From NCBI RefSeq assembly GCF_018977255.1, contig NW_024704742.1, positions 77,688,001-77,752,000 on the forward strand: a DNA stretch of 64,000 nt. Direction: 5' to 3'. The position numbers and the translations under genes are program-made. Shown piece after piece: positions 25,479-36,647 of this stretch (its first letter is position 1; every line of letters begins with the position of its first letter). A model generated the notes under the pieces. The model made no database searches. It was not told the DNA's origin and saw only the letters and a list, made by a program, of their open reading frames with translations. This DNA comes from Callorhinchus milii (Eukaryota).

Positions 25479-25804
25479 ATTCTTCCCAACACTGCCAATC
25501 TGCTGTACGCAATTGGCTGTCGTGTTTCGCCAACAAACATAGTCAACTCACCACAGCATATTCTGTGAAGTACTTGGAGACATCTAGAAGATGTGAAAAG
25601 TGCTATATCAAATGCAAGGATTGCTATTATTACTTAAGCAACAAGAATCTAATTTTCATTTGTAGAAGACGGTCACAGCTTTAAAAATTGAGCTTTATCC
25701 ACAAACCAACCATTTCTGGACAACAACAAGTACAGATTGAATATTTGAATGGTATTAAAAGGTTCAATTAGGTTTTATTTTCTAGGTATTAATCCTACAA
25801 TTAT

Positions 25805-26165
25805 TATAGTAATAATAACCCTTGCCTTTAATATAACGCCTTATCACATTTCTGAAACATTTTAAAGCACCTCACAGGCATTACTGGAAATTGTAGTGAC
25901 TGGATAATTGTAGGCATTCTTGGCAGCCAGTATGATCATATCAATATCCCACAAATAACAGTAATGACCATTTTTTTTTATCGGGGAATTTCCAGGACAC
26001 CAGGAGAAACTCCATTCTCTTTTTGATTAGTGCCACAGAATCTTTAAGATCCACCTGAACAGGGAGATGGGACCTCAGTTAACATCACATCTGAAAGATG
26101 GCACCTCTGACAATGCAAAATACTCCCAGCACTGCATTGGAGTGTCAGCTTGGACTATAAGCTCA
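25805..26165 (-). mobile_element. Deu-domain SINE
   Basis: Reverse-complement Deu core, abutted by the following young SINE. Confidence 0.8.
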
Positions 26166-26478
26166 AATAATAATCCTTGCATTTGATATAGCACTTTTCA
26201 CGTCGGGAGGACGTCCCAAAGTGCTTCACAGAACACACTGCAAAGTGAATTGACTGTATATTTGTGGGCGAACGCGGCAGCCAATTGCGCACAGCAATGT
26301 CCCACAAACAGTCGTAGATTGAAAATGACCAATTTATTATTGTTTTTGGTTTGGAGGGATTATTATTAGGCGTGTGGAGTAAGGAAACTTGACCAAGGTT
26401 TCGCCCTCTGCCTGGAATTGAACTCAGGTCTCTCGCTTACAAAGCGAGTGCTCTAACCACTGAGCTACAGGACTCCAC
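26166..26478 (-). mobile_element. Young tRNA-derived SINE, short subfamily
   Basis: Near-identical to the other young copies. Confidence 0.92.
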
Positions 26479-28879
26479 TTCAAAGTACTTCACCGGAGAC
26501 TGTTTGGTAAACTTCTCAGAGAAGGTAAAACAAAAGCCAGTGAACAAATAGCAGTTAGCTTGCTATTGCAATTCATAAGTGTTCTATATCAATTTTAACG
26601 CTGTTAGCATCTTATATGTATTGTGATGCATGTGCCAGGAGTAGAATCTCTCTTGGCATGGAGCAATAAGACATGGAGGTACCTGAAACTGCAATATATT
26701 TTGACATGCTGGAAACCTACAATGCCATGATTTAAACAACACAATAAAATGGAGGTTCCCCTCAGCATATTTTGAATCCCAGCCCATGGGATTTATAAAG
26801 TGCGCTTTTCACGCTCTCTTGTTCGGTTTCTATATTGATTCAACATTGTGTTTGAAGTTAGAAGAAAAACTTTCAGTGTAATATCTTATGTTATAGCTCA
26901 AAATGCTTTGTGGTATTATCGTCAAGTGTAGTGAATTATTATAGGCAAACAAGACAAGCTTTTTATGCACAGTAAGGTTCCACAAACAGACATAAAGTGA
27001 ATGACCAATTTAATTAGGAGAATTGTTGGCCAGGACACACGGAGAAACTCCCTTCTCTTAAAGTGGACTCACTCTAATCCATGTAAAGAGAAAGCAAGTC
27101 AAATGAGTCTCACGATCATTTGTGCAGACAAACAATTCTTCACAGCACTAAATTTATTCACCTTCTATTGAGAATCAAAGCAATCTTTCACAGACACTCC
27201 CTGTATTCATTTTAGTTTCTATTAAACTAGAATTATAAACAAATCCTTGTCAAAGGGTGAGTCACTCGTCAAAGAAGTTGGAACTCAGAACTGCTTTAGC
27301 AGTCTCTTTGTTTTTTTAAAACACTTGACAAAATAGTAATGCATTTACAAACCCAGCATAAAACATACTACAGTATTCCAATGACTACACAAAGGATGAC
27401 ATGCGATAGAAATTAGAAGTCTGCCCTTTGTCCAGCCTAAACCCCTCCACATTTTATCAACATTTGAAATTTTTAACCCAAAACACTTCTAAAGAATGTG
27501 ATACTAATGATACCCCTAAATTATTAATCTGGCAGATGAGAGACAAACCATTAAAACTCCCTTTATGAAATCAAAGAAGAAAAAACTTTCTGTACTGAAA
27601 GCCTTGTTCAGTAATTGGTTTGAAGTTTTGTTTCACTTATCTCTGTCTGTTACTGACATCATCGGGTGATGTCTGCAGAGTGTAATGGAGCCAGGCAGAC
27701 AGTGTGAGGGTGCTACACAAACAACGGTCTGCACAGCAAGAACCCCAGGGTGTTTGGGTGACCTTATCACATGCACTATGAATGTAACTTTAGCACATTG
27801 ACACCGTCTGGCACAGCAGCTTATCTCAGCCAGTTTCCACGTTGATGTCTGTGACATTCAAACTTCACTGACACAAACGCAAAAGAATGTACAGGCGATA
27901 GTCAAAGACCAAGGAATATTGGCCGTATTACAAATTATATTTTGACAGTTTTATTTGTTACTGATATTATGCATCCTTCTTAAAAGAGACTATCCAAACA
28001 CAATAATGTGCGCTAAATTATTTTATGTAGGTTTCAGTTGGCATAAATCTAGTGAAAAGTTGTACGTTCCAATGTTTGTCAGGATGAATTATTTATGTAT
28101 TTCAGAATAAAAACTAATTTCAAATAAATATCACTTTCATCTTGAATAAGTGATTTTTAAAAAAATCAATCTTGATTTTTTCGGGGCCAAATGAGAAGCA
28201 AAATCCAGGTGTTTTTGTGTAATTAATCCTCAATTTTGGTGCAATAAAAGGAAATTTTAGATTTATTTTGAAATACAACAAATGTTTATATAGTGTCTCT
28301 TGTGTCAAAGGAATGTCTGGAAGTCTTAACAAACATTCTACTGGAAACCGAGCAGGAAAATAGGATCTTTAAAGATGTTAACCAGAGGCACAATCAAGAA
28401 GATATGTTTTTAGGAAATTTTGAGGGAAAAACTTTTTTTTAAGACATAGTGAAATAGCAAGTTGAAGAGCTTTTGGAGTGATCCAGAGGACAGAGGCATA
28501 GTGGGTTATGGTTCAGGCACTGATAGTAAAGAGTAGGGATCAGGACCAAACAGTAGACCAGAGTGGGAAGAGTGTATAGCCTGGAATGTACAAGTGGGAA
28601 GATGGCACAGATAGGGTGAGGTGAGACCGTGGAGAAATTTGAAAAATAAAGAATGTTAAATATAATCCTCTGAAATACTGTCGGCCAATGAAGATTGGTA
28701 TGATGGGAAAATGGGTGACAGAGCTTTGGTGGGAGTATATTGTAAAGTGGAGTGACTGTGTATTTCGGCCACAAAATACATAGTCACTCAATTTTACAGT
28801 ATATTCTGGAAGTGCTTTGAGACGTCTCAATGACATGATAAAGCTCGATATCAAATGCAACAATCATTATATTGTAATT

Positions 28880-29217
28880 GTGGAGTCCTGTAGCTCAGTG
28901 GTTAGAGCACTCGCTTTGCAAGTGAGAGACCTGAGTTCAATTCCAGGCAGAGCGAAACCTTGGGCAAGTTTCCTTACTCCACACGCCTAATAATAATCCC
29001 TCAAAACCAAAACCAATAATAAAAATTGATCATTTTCAATCTACGACTGTTTGTGGGACATTGCTGTGCGCAATTGGCTGCCGTGTTCGCCCACAAATAT
29101 ACAGTCAATTCACTTTACAGTGTGTTCTGTGAAGCGCTTTGGGATGTCCTCCCGACGTGAAAAGCGCTATATCAAATGCCAGGATTATTATTATTATTAT
29201 TATTATGATTATTATTA
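28880..29217 (+). mobile_element. Young tRNA-derived SINE, short subfamily
   Basis: Full head-to-(TTA)n copy. Confidence 0.92.
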
Positions 29218-29269
29218 AAGAACTTAGGCACAGTGTTCTGGATCATTTGAAGATACTGGAGAGTAAAGT

Positions 29270-29900
29270 TGAGGAGACCAACAACAACAACAACAAGATT
29301 ACATTTGTATAGTGCCTTTCACGTCCCAAGGCACTGGATAGTGTATAGCATTTCAGACCTGAGCTGGGGTCAGGGGGAAGAAAGGGAGGGGAGGGGAATG
29401 GGGGTGACCGATGGCATGGTCGAAGAGGAGGGTCTTGAGGCAGGACTTGAAGGAGGCTAAGGAGAGGGCAAGGTAGAGTGATTGGGGGATGGAGTTCCAG
29501 AGGTTGGGGCAGAGAGGCTGAAGGCTCTCCCGCCAATGGGGGGCGGGTGGGTCGGGGGACATGGAGCAGGCCAGAGCTGGCTGAGCGGAGGGAGTGAGCA
29601 GGTTGGTAGGGGGTTAGGAGGTCGCAGAGGTAGGGTGGGGCGAGGGTATGGAGAGCTTTGTAGGTGAGGAACAGGAAGCAGAGCATTGAAAATATCCACC
29701 CTGGAGGTGACAGAAGCTAGGATAAAAATGAAATTAGCAACAGTGAGACCGAGGAGAGGATTCAAATGAATAATGATCTGAAAGTTGAAGGCCTTCTTGG
29801 CAATGAAACGAATGTGGGTTTTGAAACTTGGGATCAAGCAGAACGCCAAGTTTACACATCAACTGAGGCAGGGATGTGTCTGAAATCCGAGCCGGGGCCA
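29270..29900 (-). mobile_element. L2 LINE 3' fragment
   Basis: LTYKALHTLAPPYLCDLL.PYQPAHSLRS and PPIGGRAFSLSAP..WNS.PQS..SFKSCLKTLLF, with a (TTG)n tail. Confidence 0.9.
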
Positions 29901-30334
29901 CATCGATACTAACAAGAATTAAACAAAACGACATCACTCCTGTCAGCTGCTAATGCTATTGTGTGACTTGTATGAAGCTTGTATTAATATCTCAAACCAG
30001 CAGCAGTATAAAATTAATCATCCTCTTGGGAAGTACAATTTTGAGAAAATGATGAGTCGCCCAATGAAGGCACAAATGGAAGTAAAAGCTACAGCATTTC
30101 TATTGTTATCTACACCTATGCTATTATGCACTGACACATCATAAATGTTAAAAAAAGTTATTAAATATATAACTGTCTATTAGGAACAGGGATAGAGCAT
30201 TGAGTCAGTCAAGCCTTCTTACCATATTGGTTATTCCCTTCGCCTATAAAACACACTTTACAGTTGAACATATTTAAGCCATCAGGATCAATATCCCTCC
30301 CCCCAGTGATTTATTTCACAAGGCTATTCAAGGC

Positions 30335-30880
30335 TACAACAACAAGAACAACAAATTACATTTGTAAAGCACCTTTCATATCAGGAGGACGTCCCAAGGC
30401 GCTGGAAAGAAAGGAATTTGGACTCGAACTGGGCAGGGGTTGGGATCAAGAGGAGTGAAGGGCAGGGAGGGTAGGAGAATGACCAAAGGCACGGTGGAAG
30501 AGGAAGGTCTTGAGACATGCCTTGAAGGAGGCAAGGGAGGGAGCGAGGCAAAGGGACTGTGGGACAGAGTTCCAAAGCGTGGGGCCAGAGAGGCTGAAGG
30601 CCTGACTGGCGATGATGGGGTGGGCCAGGTAGGGACGAAGAGCAGGCCCCAGCCTGCTGAGCAGAGGGAGTGGATAGGTCTACGTGGCATTAGCAGATCA
30701 CAGAGGTTGAAAGGGGCAAGGCCATGAAGGGTTTTGAAGGTGAGGCTGAGGATTTTGAACTCTGTCCCCTGGGGGATGAGGAGCCAGTGGTGCTGGGCGG
30801 AGGTGGGAGGAATAGGCTCATGGCTGGTGCGGAAGAGGACATGAGCTGTAGAGTTCTGAATGATCTGCAGCTTGCGGATG
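30335..30880 (-). mobile_element. L2 LINE 3' fragment
   Basis: Homologous to 29270-29900 (KLQIIQNSTA.., FKILSLTFK..HGLAP). Confidence 0.88.
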
Positions 30881-31569
30881 GAAGAATTGGTGAAAAAGCT
30901 CCAGATCTTAAACCCAATTCACAAGCATTACATATTTGATAAGAGAGTGGTTTCTGGGGAGGGAAGATGGGGTGGGGGGAGGGGAAGGAGGGGGGAGGAA
31001 ATCTTCCTCCTGCCAGTTGCAATGGTCATTTACAGAGAAAATAAGTGCTAAATTGGCCCAAGTAAAGAACACAGGAATTGTTTTGAGAATCATCTGAGTA
31101 TAGCCTGAGGCACCATCAGGGAAAGGCTGCCACCCGGCACTAAAGGAACATCTAATCTGCAGTTAACAAAGTCATTAGTGTACACAGAGGCAATGTGAAA
31201 GCATTGCCCTTATTAATTTTTGACATTCAGCTCAACTCTCTTACCAAAGCAGCAAAACTGGGATTCAAGACTAACAAAAGGAAAATTTTGAGGTGACTAA
31301 TAATCCTTGCATTTGATATAGCGCCTTTCATGTCATATGAATGTCACAAAGTAATTCAGAGGATTTACTGCAAATGTAGTGACTGTGTATTTTACAGGTG
31401 AAGGTGGCAGCTAATTTTTGCCAATGTCTCTCAAATAGCCATCAATTGAACGATTTTTATTTGGAGGATATTTGACCAAGACACGAGGAGAAACACTTTG
31501 CTCTTCTCTTTCCAAATAGTGCCAATGGATATAATGTTCATCTGAACAGACTTTAATGCCTACCACTCA

Positions 31570-32698
31570 ATATGTCACGCAATACCTGCCCTTTCACCTC
31601 CTCCAATTCCACTGTCCAGGGCCCCAAACACAGTTTTCAAGTGAGACAGTGATTTACGTGCATTACCACCAATGTAATTTACTTCATTCGCTGCTCACAA
31701 TGTGGTCTCCTCTACATTGGGGAGACGAAACGCAGAATCTTCGTTCTGTCCGCAAGCACAACCCTGAGCTTCCGGTTTCTTGGCATTTCAACTCTCCCTC
31801 CCACTCGCACTCTGACCTCTCCTTCCACAGTCTCCTACGCTGTTCCAATGAGCCACAGCACAAGCTCGAGGAACAGCACCTCATTTATCTGCCAGGGACC
31901 TTACAGCCCTCAATATTGATTTCAATAATTTCAGACTATAACAGCTCACCTTCCCCCTCCCCTCTTCTGTGACCATTACCACATCATCTGGGTAACAGAC
32001 ACACCTTTTCTCTCTCTGGTCTGTCTATTTTGTTGCAATGATTCCTCACTTTAATAATAATAATAATCCTTGCATTTGATATAGCGCTTTTCACGTCGGG
32101 AGGACGTCCCAAAGCGCTTCACAGAACACACTGTAAAGTGAATTGACTGTATATTTGTGGGCAAACGCAGCAGCCAATTGCGCACAGCAATGTCCCACAA
32201 ACAGTCGTAGATTGAAAGTGACCAATTTATTATTGTTTTTGGTTTTGGAGGGATTATTATTAGGCTCTGTGTGGAGTAAGGAAACTTGCCCAAGGTTTCG
32301 CCCTGTGCCTGGAATTGAACTCAGGTCTCTCACTTGCAAAGCAAGGGCTTTAACCACTCAGCTACAGGACTCCACTTTGTTCTGCAGTATTAACATCTCT
32401 ATTCCCCTGTTTTGTTGCAATCCCCCTTTGTTTTGCATCATTAGCACCTCCTTTAACCCATCATTCCCTGTCCTCTACCCCATTTTCTCCTTTATCTTCA
32501 TGCCCTGCCTCCCCCCAGTCTGTTAGCTCTTAAAAACCTCTCCCTCCCAACATGCCCCAGTTCTGGCGAAGGGTCGTGGACTCAAAAGGTTGACTCTCTT
32601 TCCTTTTTTCTTAGATGCTGCCTGACCTGCTGAGTGTTCCCAGCGACTTCTGTTATTGTTTCAGAGTTCCAGCATCAGCAGTATTTTGCGTTTGTTTA
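31570..32698 (+). mobile_element. Penelope-like element: GIY-YIG endonuclease remnant plus 3' terminal repeat, split by a SINE
   Basis: IRCSQCGLLYIGETK (TGCTCACAATGTGGTCTCCTCTACATTGGGGAGACGAAA) and PVSWHFNSPSHS..KLEEQHLIY..GTLQP. The 3' part GATGCTGCCTGACCTGCTGAG..CCAGCATC carries a degenerate hammerhead at 32559-32596. Confidence 0.85.
32053..32374 (-). mobile_element. Young tRNA-derived SINE inserted in the Penelope element
   Basis: Young consensus, with Penelope sequence on both sides. Confidence 0.92.
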
Positions 32699-32939
32699 AT
32701 GCCCACCAGATCAGGCACATTGAACCTTGGTTTCAAGACTTATCTGAAAGATATTATCTCCAACAATGCCACACACCACCTGCACTATATTGGAGTGGTA
32801 GCCTTGACTATGCTTTCAAAGTCCTGATGTGGGGTTTGAACTCACAAGCTTCTGATTCAAATGTGAAAATGCAACCAGCTGAACCAGGCTGACACAAATG
32901 GTAAAAGTATCTCCTTAAGCAATATCTTCCTTGGGGGTG

Positions 32940-33358
32940 GTATNGGGGGGCAGTGGATAACGGTGTCTTCTTGGAACTGAAGTGGCTCCAAGGTTTGGCA
33001 ACGAATGTCGGAATAGAGCCAGCCCTCTGTGGCAGTCTCGGTAATCCGGTTCCTTAGCCAGGCGGTCTGCAGTATTCCAGGGCACTGTTAATGACACTCA
33101 TTGGCAAGACTTGGAAGGGCAGACCAGTCACTGGGGTCAGAGAGCCATCCCATTCAGCTCCTGTTAACCCTGCAAGCCAAAGCCGTAACGGGTAGGGTGC
33201 TCCTAGCTAGACAGGCAGCGGGAAAGCTTTCCAGACAGCGATATCAATGGTAAGCTATGTGGTTTCAGCTGGTTAAACTCCAGCAGTACCCCAACACTCT
33301 GGGGTCCCCAAGCCCTGGTTCCTGCCAAACTGCACTTAATACTTTCCAGAATTAGGTA
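32940..33358 (+). repeat. Unclassified interspersed repeat family X (copy 1)
   Basis: Shares GG(C/T)AAGCTATGTGGTTT.A.CTGGTTAAACTCCAGCAGTACC..CCAGAATTAGGTAA with copies at 40820, 42640, 53481, 53990 and 63470. Confidence 0.8.
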
Positions 33359-33429
33359 ATAATAATATAATAATCCTTGCATTTGATATAGTGCCTTATC
33401 ATATCACAGAATCATACCGCCATCACTTT

Positions 33430-34730
33430 TGCAAAGTGTTTGCAAAGGTAAGTCGCACAGTTCCAGTTTGTCAATCCACTCTTGATTCCTTTGCTCTCCT
33501 CACTTCCTGAACTGTCTCCTAATCATGTAAGTCGCCATGATACACCAGCCACCTCCGCTCCCTTAAAGCACAGGTGCATGCCGTTGAATTCACCTGGCTT
33601 AAATCGAACTTAATGGTCCATCAATGGATCTGGCTACACTTTATCAAATCCTAACGCTCCTCCCTCACCTCTGCTAAATTGTAATTCTACTCCAAGACAA
33701 TCTTGGAGGCCAAGGACAATTCCAAGCTCCTCTCACCAACCAGCTCCTCCGTCCATTCTCTCATGCCTCGCTCATCCTCACCGCCAATGCCAACTGCGAG
33801 GCGAGGCTGGACTTCCTCAAATCCAAAGCTGAGGGCATTCGCTCAGCTGCCTCTATCCTTCCATCTACTACCCCCTTCCCTTCTCACCCCAGCCTCTACC
33901 CATCCCTCCCTCCATACCTTTGAACCTGTCTTCCACTCCTCTCTAACCACCACTATAACCCGCATGAAACCGACCACCTCCTACCTCGACCCCATCGCTA
34001 CCTCTCTCCTTACCTCCCAGCTCCTTGCCCCTCTACTCACAGACATCATAAACCTCTCCCTGTCCACTGATACTGTTCCCATCCTATTACAAACGGCCGT
34101 CATCACTCCTATCCTTAAAAAACCTTCCTTGGACCCCTCACTGCTCTCAAACTACCGCCCCATCGCCAATCTCCCTTTCCTCTCCAAGGTCCTGGAATGA
34201 GTCGTTGCTTCCCAGCTTTGCTCCTTCCTCTCCCGCCATTCCCTTCACGAACCCCTCCAATCGGGTTTCCGTGCCGCCCACAGCACAGAAACAGCCCTGG
34301 TCAAAGCAACAAATGACATTCTGACCATCTGCAACCAGGGCTTCCTCTGCCTCCTCGTTCTACTTGACCTCTCTGCTGCTTTCGACACCATCAACCACTC
34401 TATCCTCATCCACTGCCTCTCCTCTCACCACCTCACCACGCTGTCCTTGATTCGTTCAGATCCGTACCTCTCACGCAGCCTGCACTTCATCTCCTCAAAC
34501 GGCTTCTCCTCTAGCCCCCGGACCGTCTCGTGCGGCATTCTTCAGGGCCGTGTCGTTGGTCCCCTCCTTGTCAATATCTACATGCTCCCTCTTGGTCACA
34601 TCATCCGCCGACATGGGGTCAACTTCCACATGTTTGCAGATGACACCCAGCTCTACCTCTCTGCCTCCACCCTTGACTCCAGGACCACTGCTGCTCTGAC
34701 AGAATGTCTGTCAGACATCAAGTCCTGGAT
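33430..34730 (+). pseudogene. L2 LINE reverse transcriptase fragment (stops and frameshifts)
   Basis: AVITPILKKPSLDPS..NYRPIANLPFLSKVLE*, QSGFRAAHSTETAL, LLDLSAAFDTINH, QG.V.GPLL.NIYMLPLG, MFADDTQLY. Confidence 0.93.
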
Positions 34731-34835
34731 TAAATCTCTTCTTAACCTTCTCTGCTCTATGGGGAACAATCCCAGCCACTCTAGACTATCCACATAATTG
34801 AAGTCCCTCATCCCTGGTATCATTCTAGTAAATAT
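34728..34835 (-). mobile_element. CR1 LINE fragment
   Basis: FTRMIPGMRDFNYVDSLEWLGLFPIEQRRLRRDLI. Confidence 0.8.
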
Positions 34836-35114
34836 TTCAACACTAGCTGAATCATTGGTTTGCATGCATCTGAGAACTAAAAAGATTTGTCAAGCCTCTT
34901 GAATTAAAAAAAATCCCCTTTCCAATCCCCTAATCCTCTATTATCCTTTGCAGTTTCAAGATACCTGAGATCTTTGGACATGTATTATTGTAGTATTAAT
35001 GTTGGTTACAGAGCCATTGTTTATTAGTTGAAAATTATGAAACTTTTTGGTCCAGGGATATATAATCTAAGAATTAATCATTTATTAGTCTACTAATAAA
35101 ACATTAGAGTAGCA

Positions 35115-35400
35115 AAGTTCACAAGATCAGGCTGGATGAAGAAAGCCCCTTGGCCAATCTGATCTTATCCCTCCAGAACACCCACCTTACCTTTCCCCCA
35201 TCACAGCAACAAGCAGCTTTTTAAATGAGTCTAGTGTCCTAGCCTCCCGGCAAACTAGACCTTACTGTCAATCAGTTCCAGTCACTGATTACCCTCTCAG
35301 TAAAGAATGTCTTCCCGGTATCTGTCCTAAAATTGCGCTTTATAATTCTAAACCTATGTCCACTTGTTCTACTGCCTTGATGCATCTTAAAATAATGATT
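35115..35400 (-). mobile_element. CR1 LINE 3' end
   Basis: Reverse complement is homologous to 58530-58855 (SRTSGHRFR..FRTDTGKTFFT.RVI.DWN). Confidence 0.75.
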
Positions 35401-36199
35401 TGAGTTTACTTTTCCTGATATTTGAGGATCATTATTGCTATAATCATGCTGTTTTATGCTTGTTTCAACATCACAGTTTTGTGAACTGCAAACCTCTCAA
35501 ACCAGCAGCCCCAGCATTATTGCTGGTAATTGTCAGCAGTCTGAGGGTTAAGCTTTTCACAGTTTTTACACCCGGTTTGAATGAAATATCTGCAAATAAA
35601 AGCTTGACAGGGATGATGCATTTTACTGAAGACAGCCCCAGCTTTCACACACATAAAAAACCCTGTAAACCTTGCTCATTAATCGTTACTTTATATTCAG
35701 CAGCTCGCACTCTCACTTCCAGTTAATCACAGCTACATTAGATACATTTTTCTGTCAAACTGGGCATGTTAGGCAATACAAAATAGTAGACCCGATATAT
35801 AATCCATCAGTGTATTCATAAATTGATCACTCCTGTCCAATAAATATTCAATTTCATTGTTCCATATTTAAGTGAGCACATGTATAGGTTTAAATAATGC
35901 CTAAGTCTCCAGTCTCCAGTAACCCTTCATGCTGGTTAGTGTCATGGAGAACCTGAACGTAAAAATGTAGAACTACCTCAACTATTCTCTGTTATATGTG
36001 TTTTTAAAATATATGTAGTTTATGTACTACAGATACCTGAAGCTAGATTTAAGTTTCATCATCATTGACATTGCTATATTTTGGCTATTATGGTTTGTTA
36101 TATTGGTAATTTATTCATGGAGTAGAAAGTACAACTATGATATTAATCACCAAAAATACCAGTCCACAATGCCTGTGGTCCCTAAGCGCCATGACTTTT

Positions 36200-36217
36200 G
36201 TGTCAGCCTAGCTCAAT

Positions 36218-36248
<31 letters not shown>

Positions 36249-36635
36249 GTGGGTTCAAGCCCCGCTTTGGGATTTGGAATCACATACTATAAGTTGAAAC
36301 TCCAATGCAGTGATGGGGAGCATTGCATTGTTGGAGATGCCGTTCATCAGTTGCGATGCTGAACCCAGGTCTTGTCTATCTGTTCAGCTGGATGTTAAAG
36401 ATCCCATGGCACTGTTCGAAAAGAGAGGGTGTTTCTCGCAGTGTCCTGGGCAACAATTCCCCAGTAAAATAGGTCACTTACTCCATGACTGTTTGTGGGA
36501 CACTGCTATGTGCAGTTGGCCGCTACGTTTTGCCCACAAAATACACAATCAATCCACTTTACAGTGTATCCTGTGAAGCGCTTTGAGACATCTTGATGAC
36601 GTGATGAGGCACTAGATCAAATGCACGGATTATAC
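36200..36635 (+). mobile_element. Full-length tRNA-headed Deu-domain SINE
   Basis: TAGCTCAATGGTAGCACTCTTGCCTCTGAGTCAGAAGGTTGTGGGTTCAAGCCCC head, Deu core and shared L2-type tail. Confidence 0.88.
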
Positions 36636-36647
36636 TTATTATTTACT

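Noticed and set aside
28882..28957. tRNA-Ala(TGC)-like cloverleaf, also present in the other SINE heads
   Set aside because: It continues directly into SINE body and tail in every copy and the T-arm is mispaired. It is a SINE head, not a tRNA gene.
32143..32526. Recurrent ORFs such as MTVYLWANAAANCAQQCP and LFVGHCCAQLAAAFAHKY
   Set aside because: They are translations of the multicopy SINE.
33270..33330. Twister-ribozyme-like string GGGGTCCCCAAGCCCTGG preceded by TTAAACTCC in family X
   Set aside because: The downstream pairing partner expected for twister (..GGAGGG) is absent, and the motif is poorly kept in other copies. An Infernal search would settle it.
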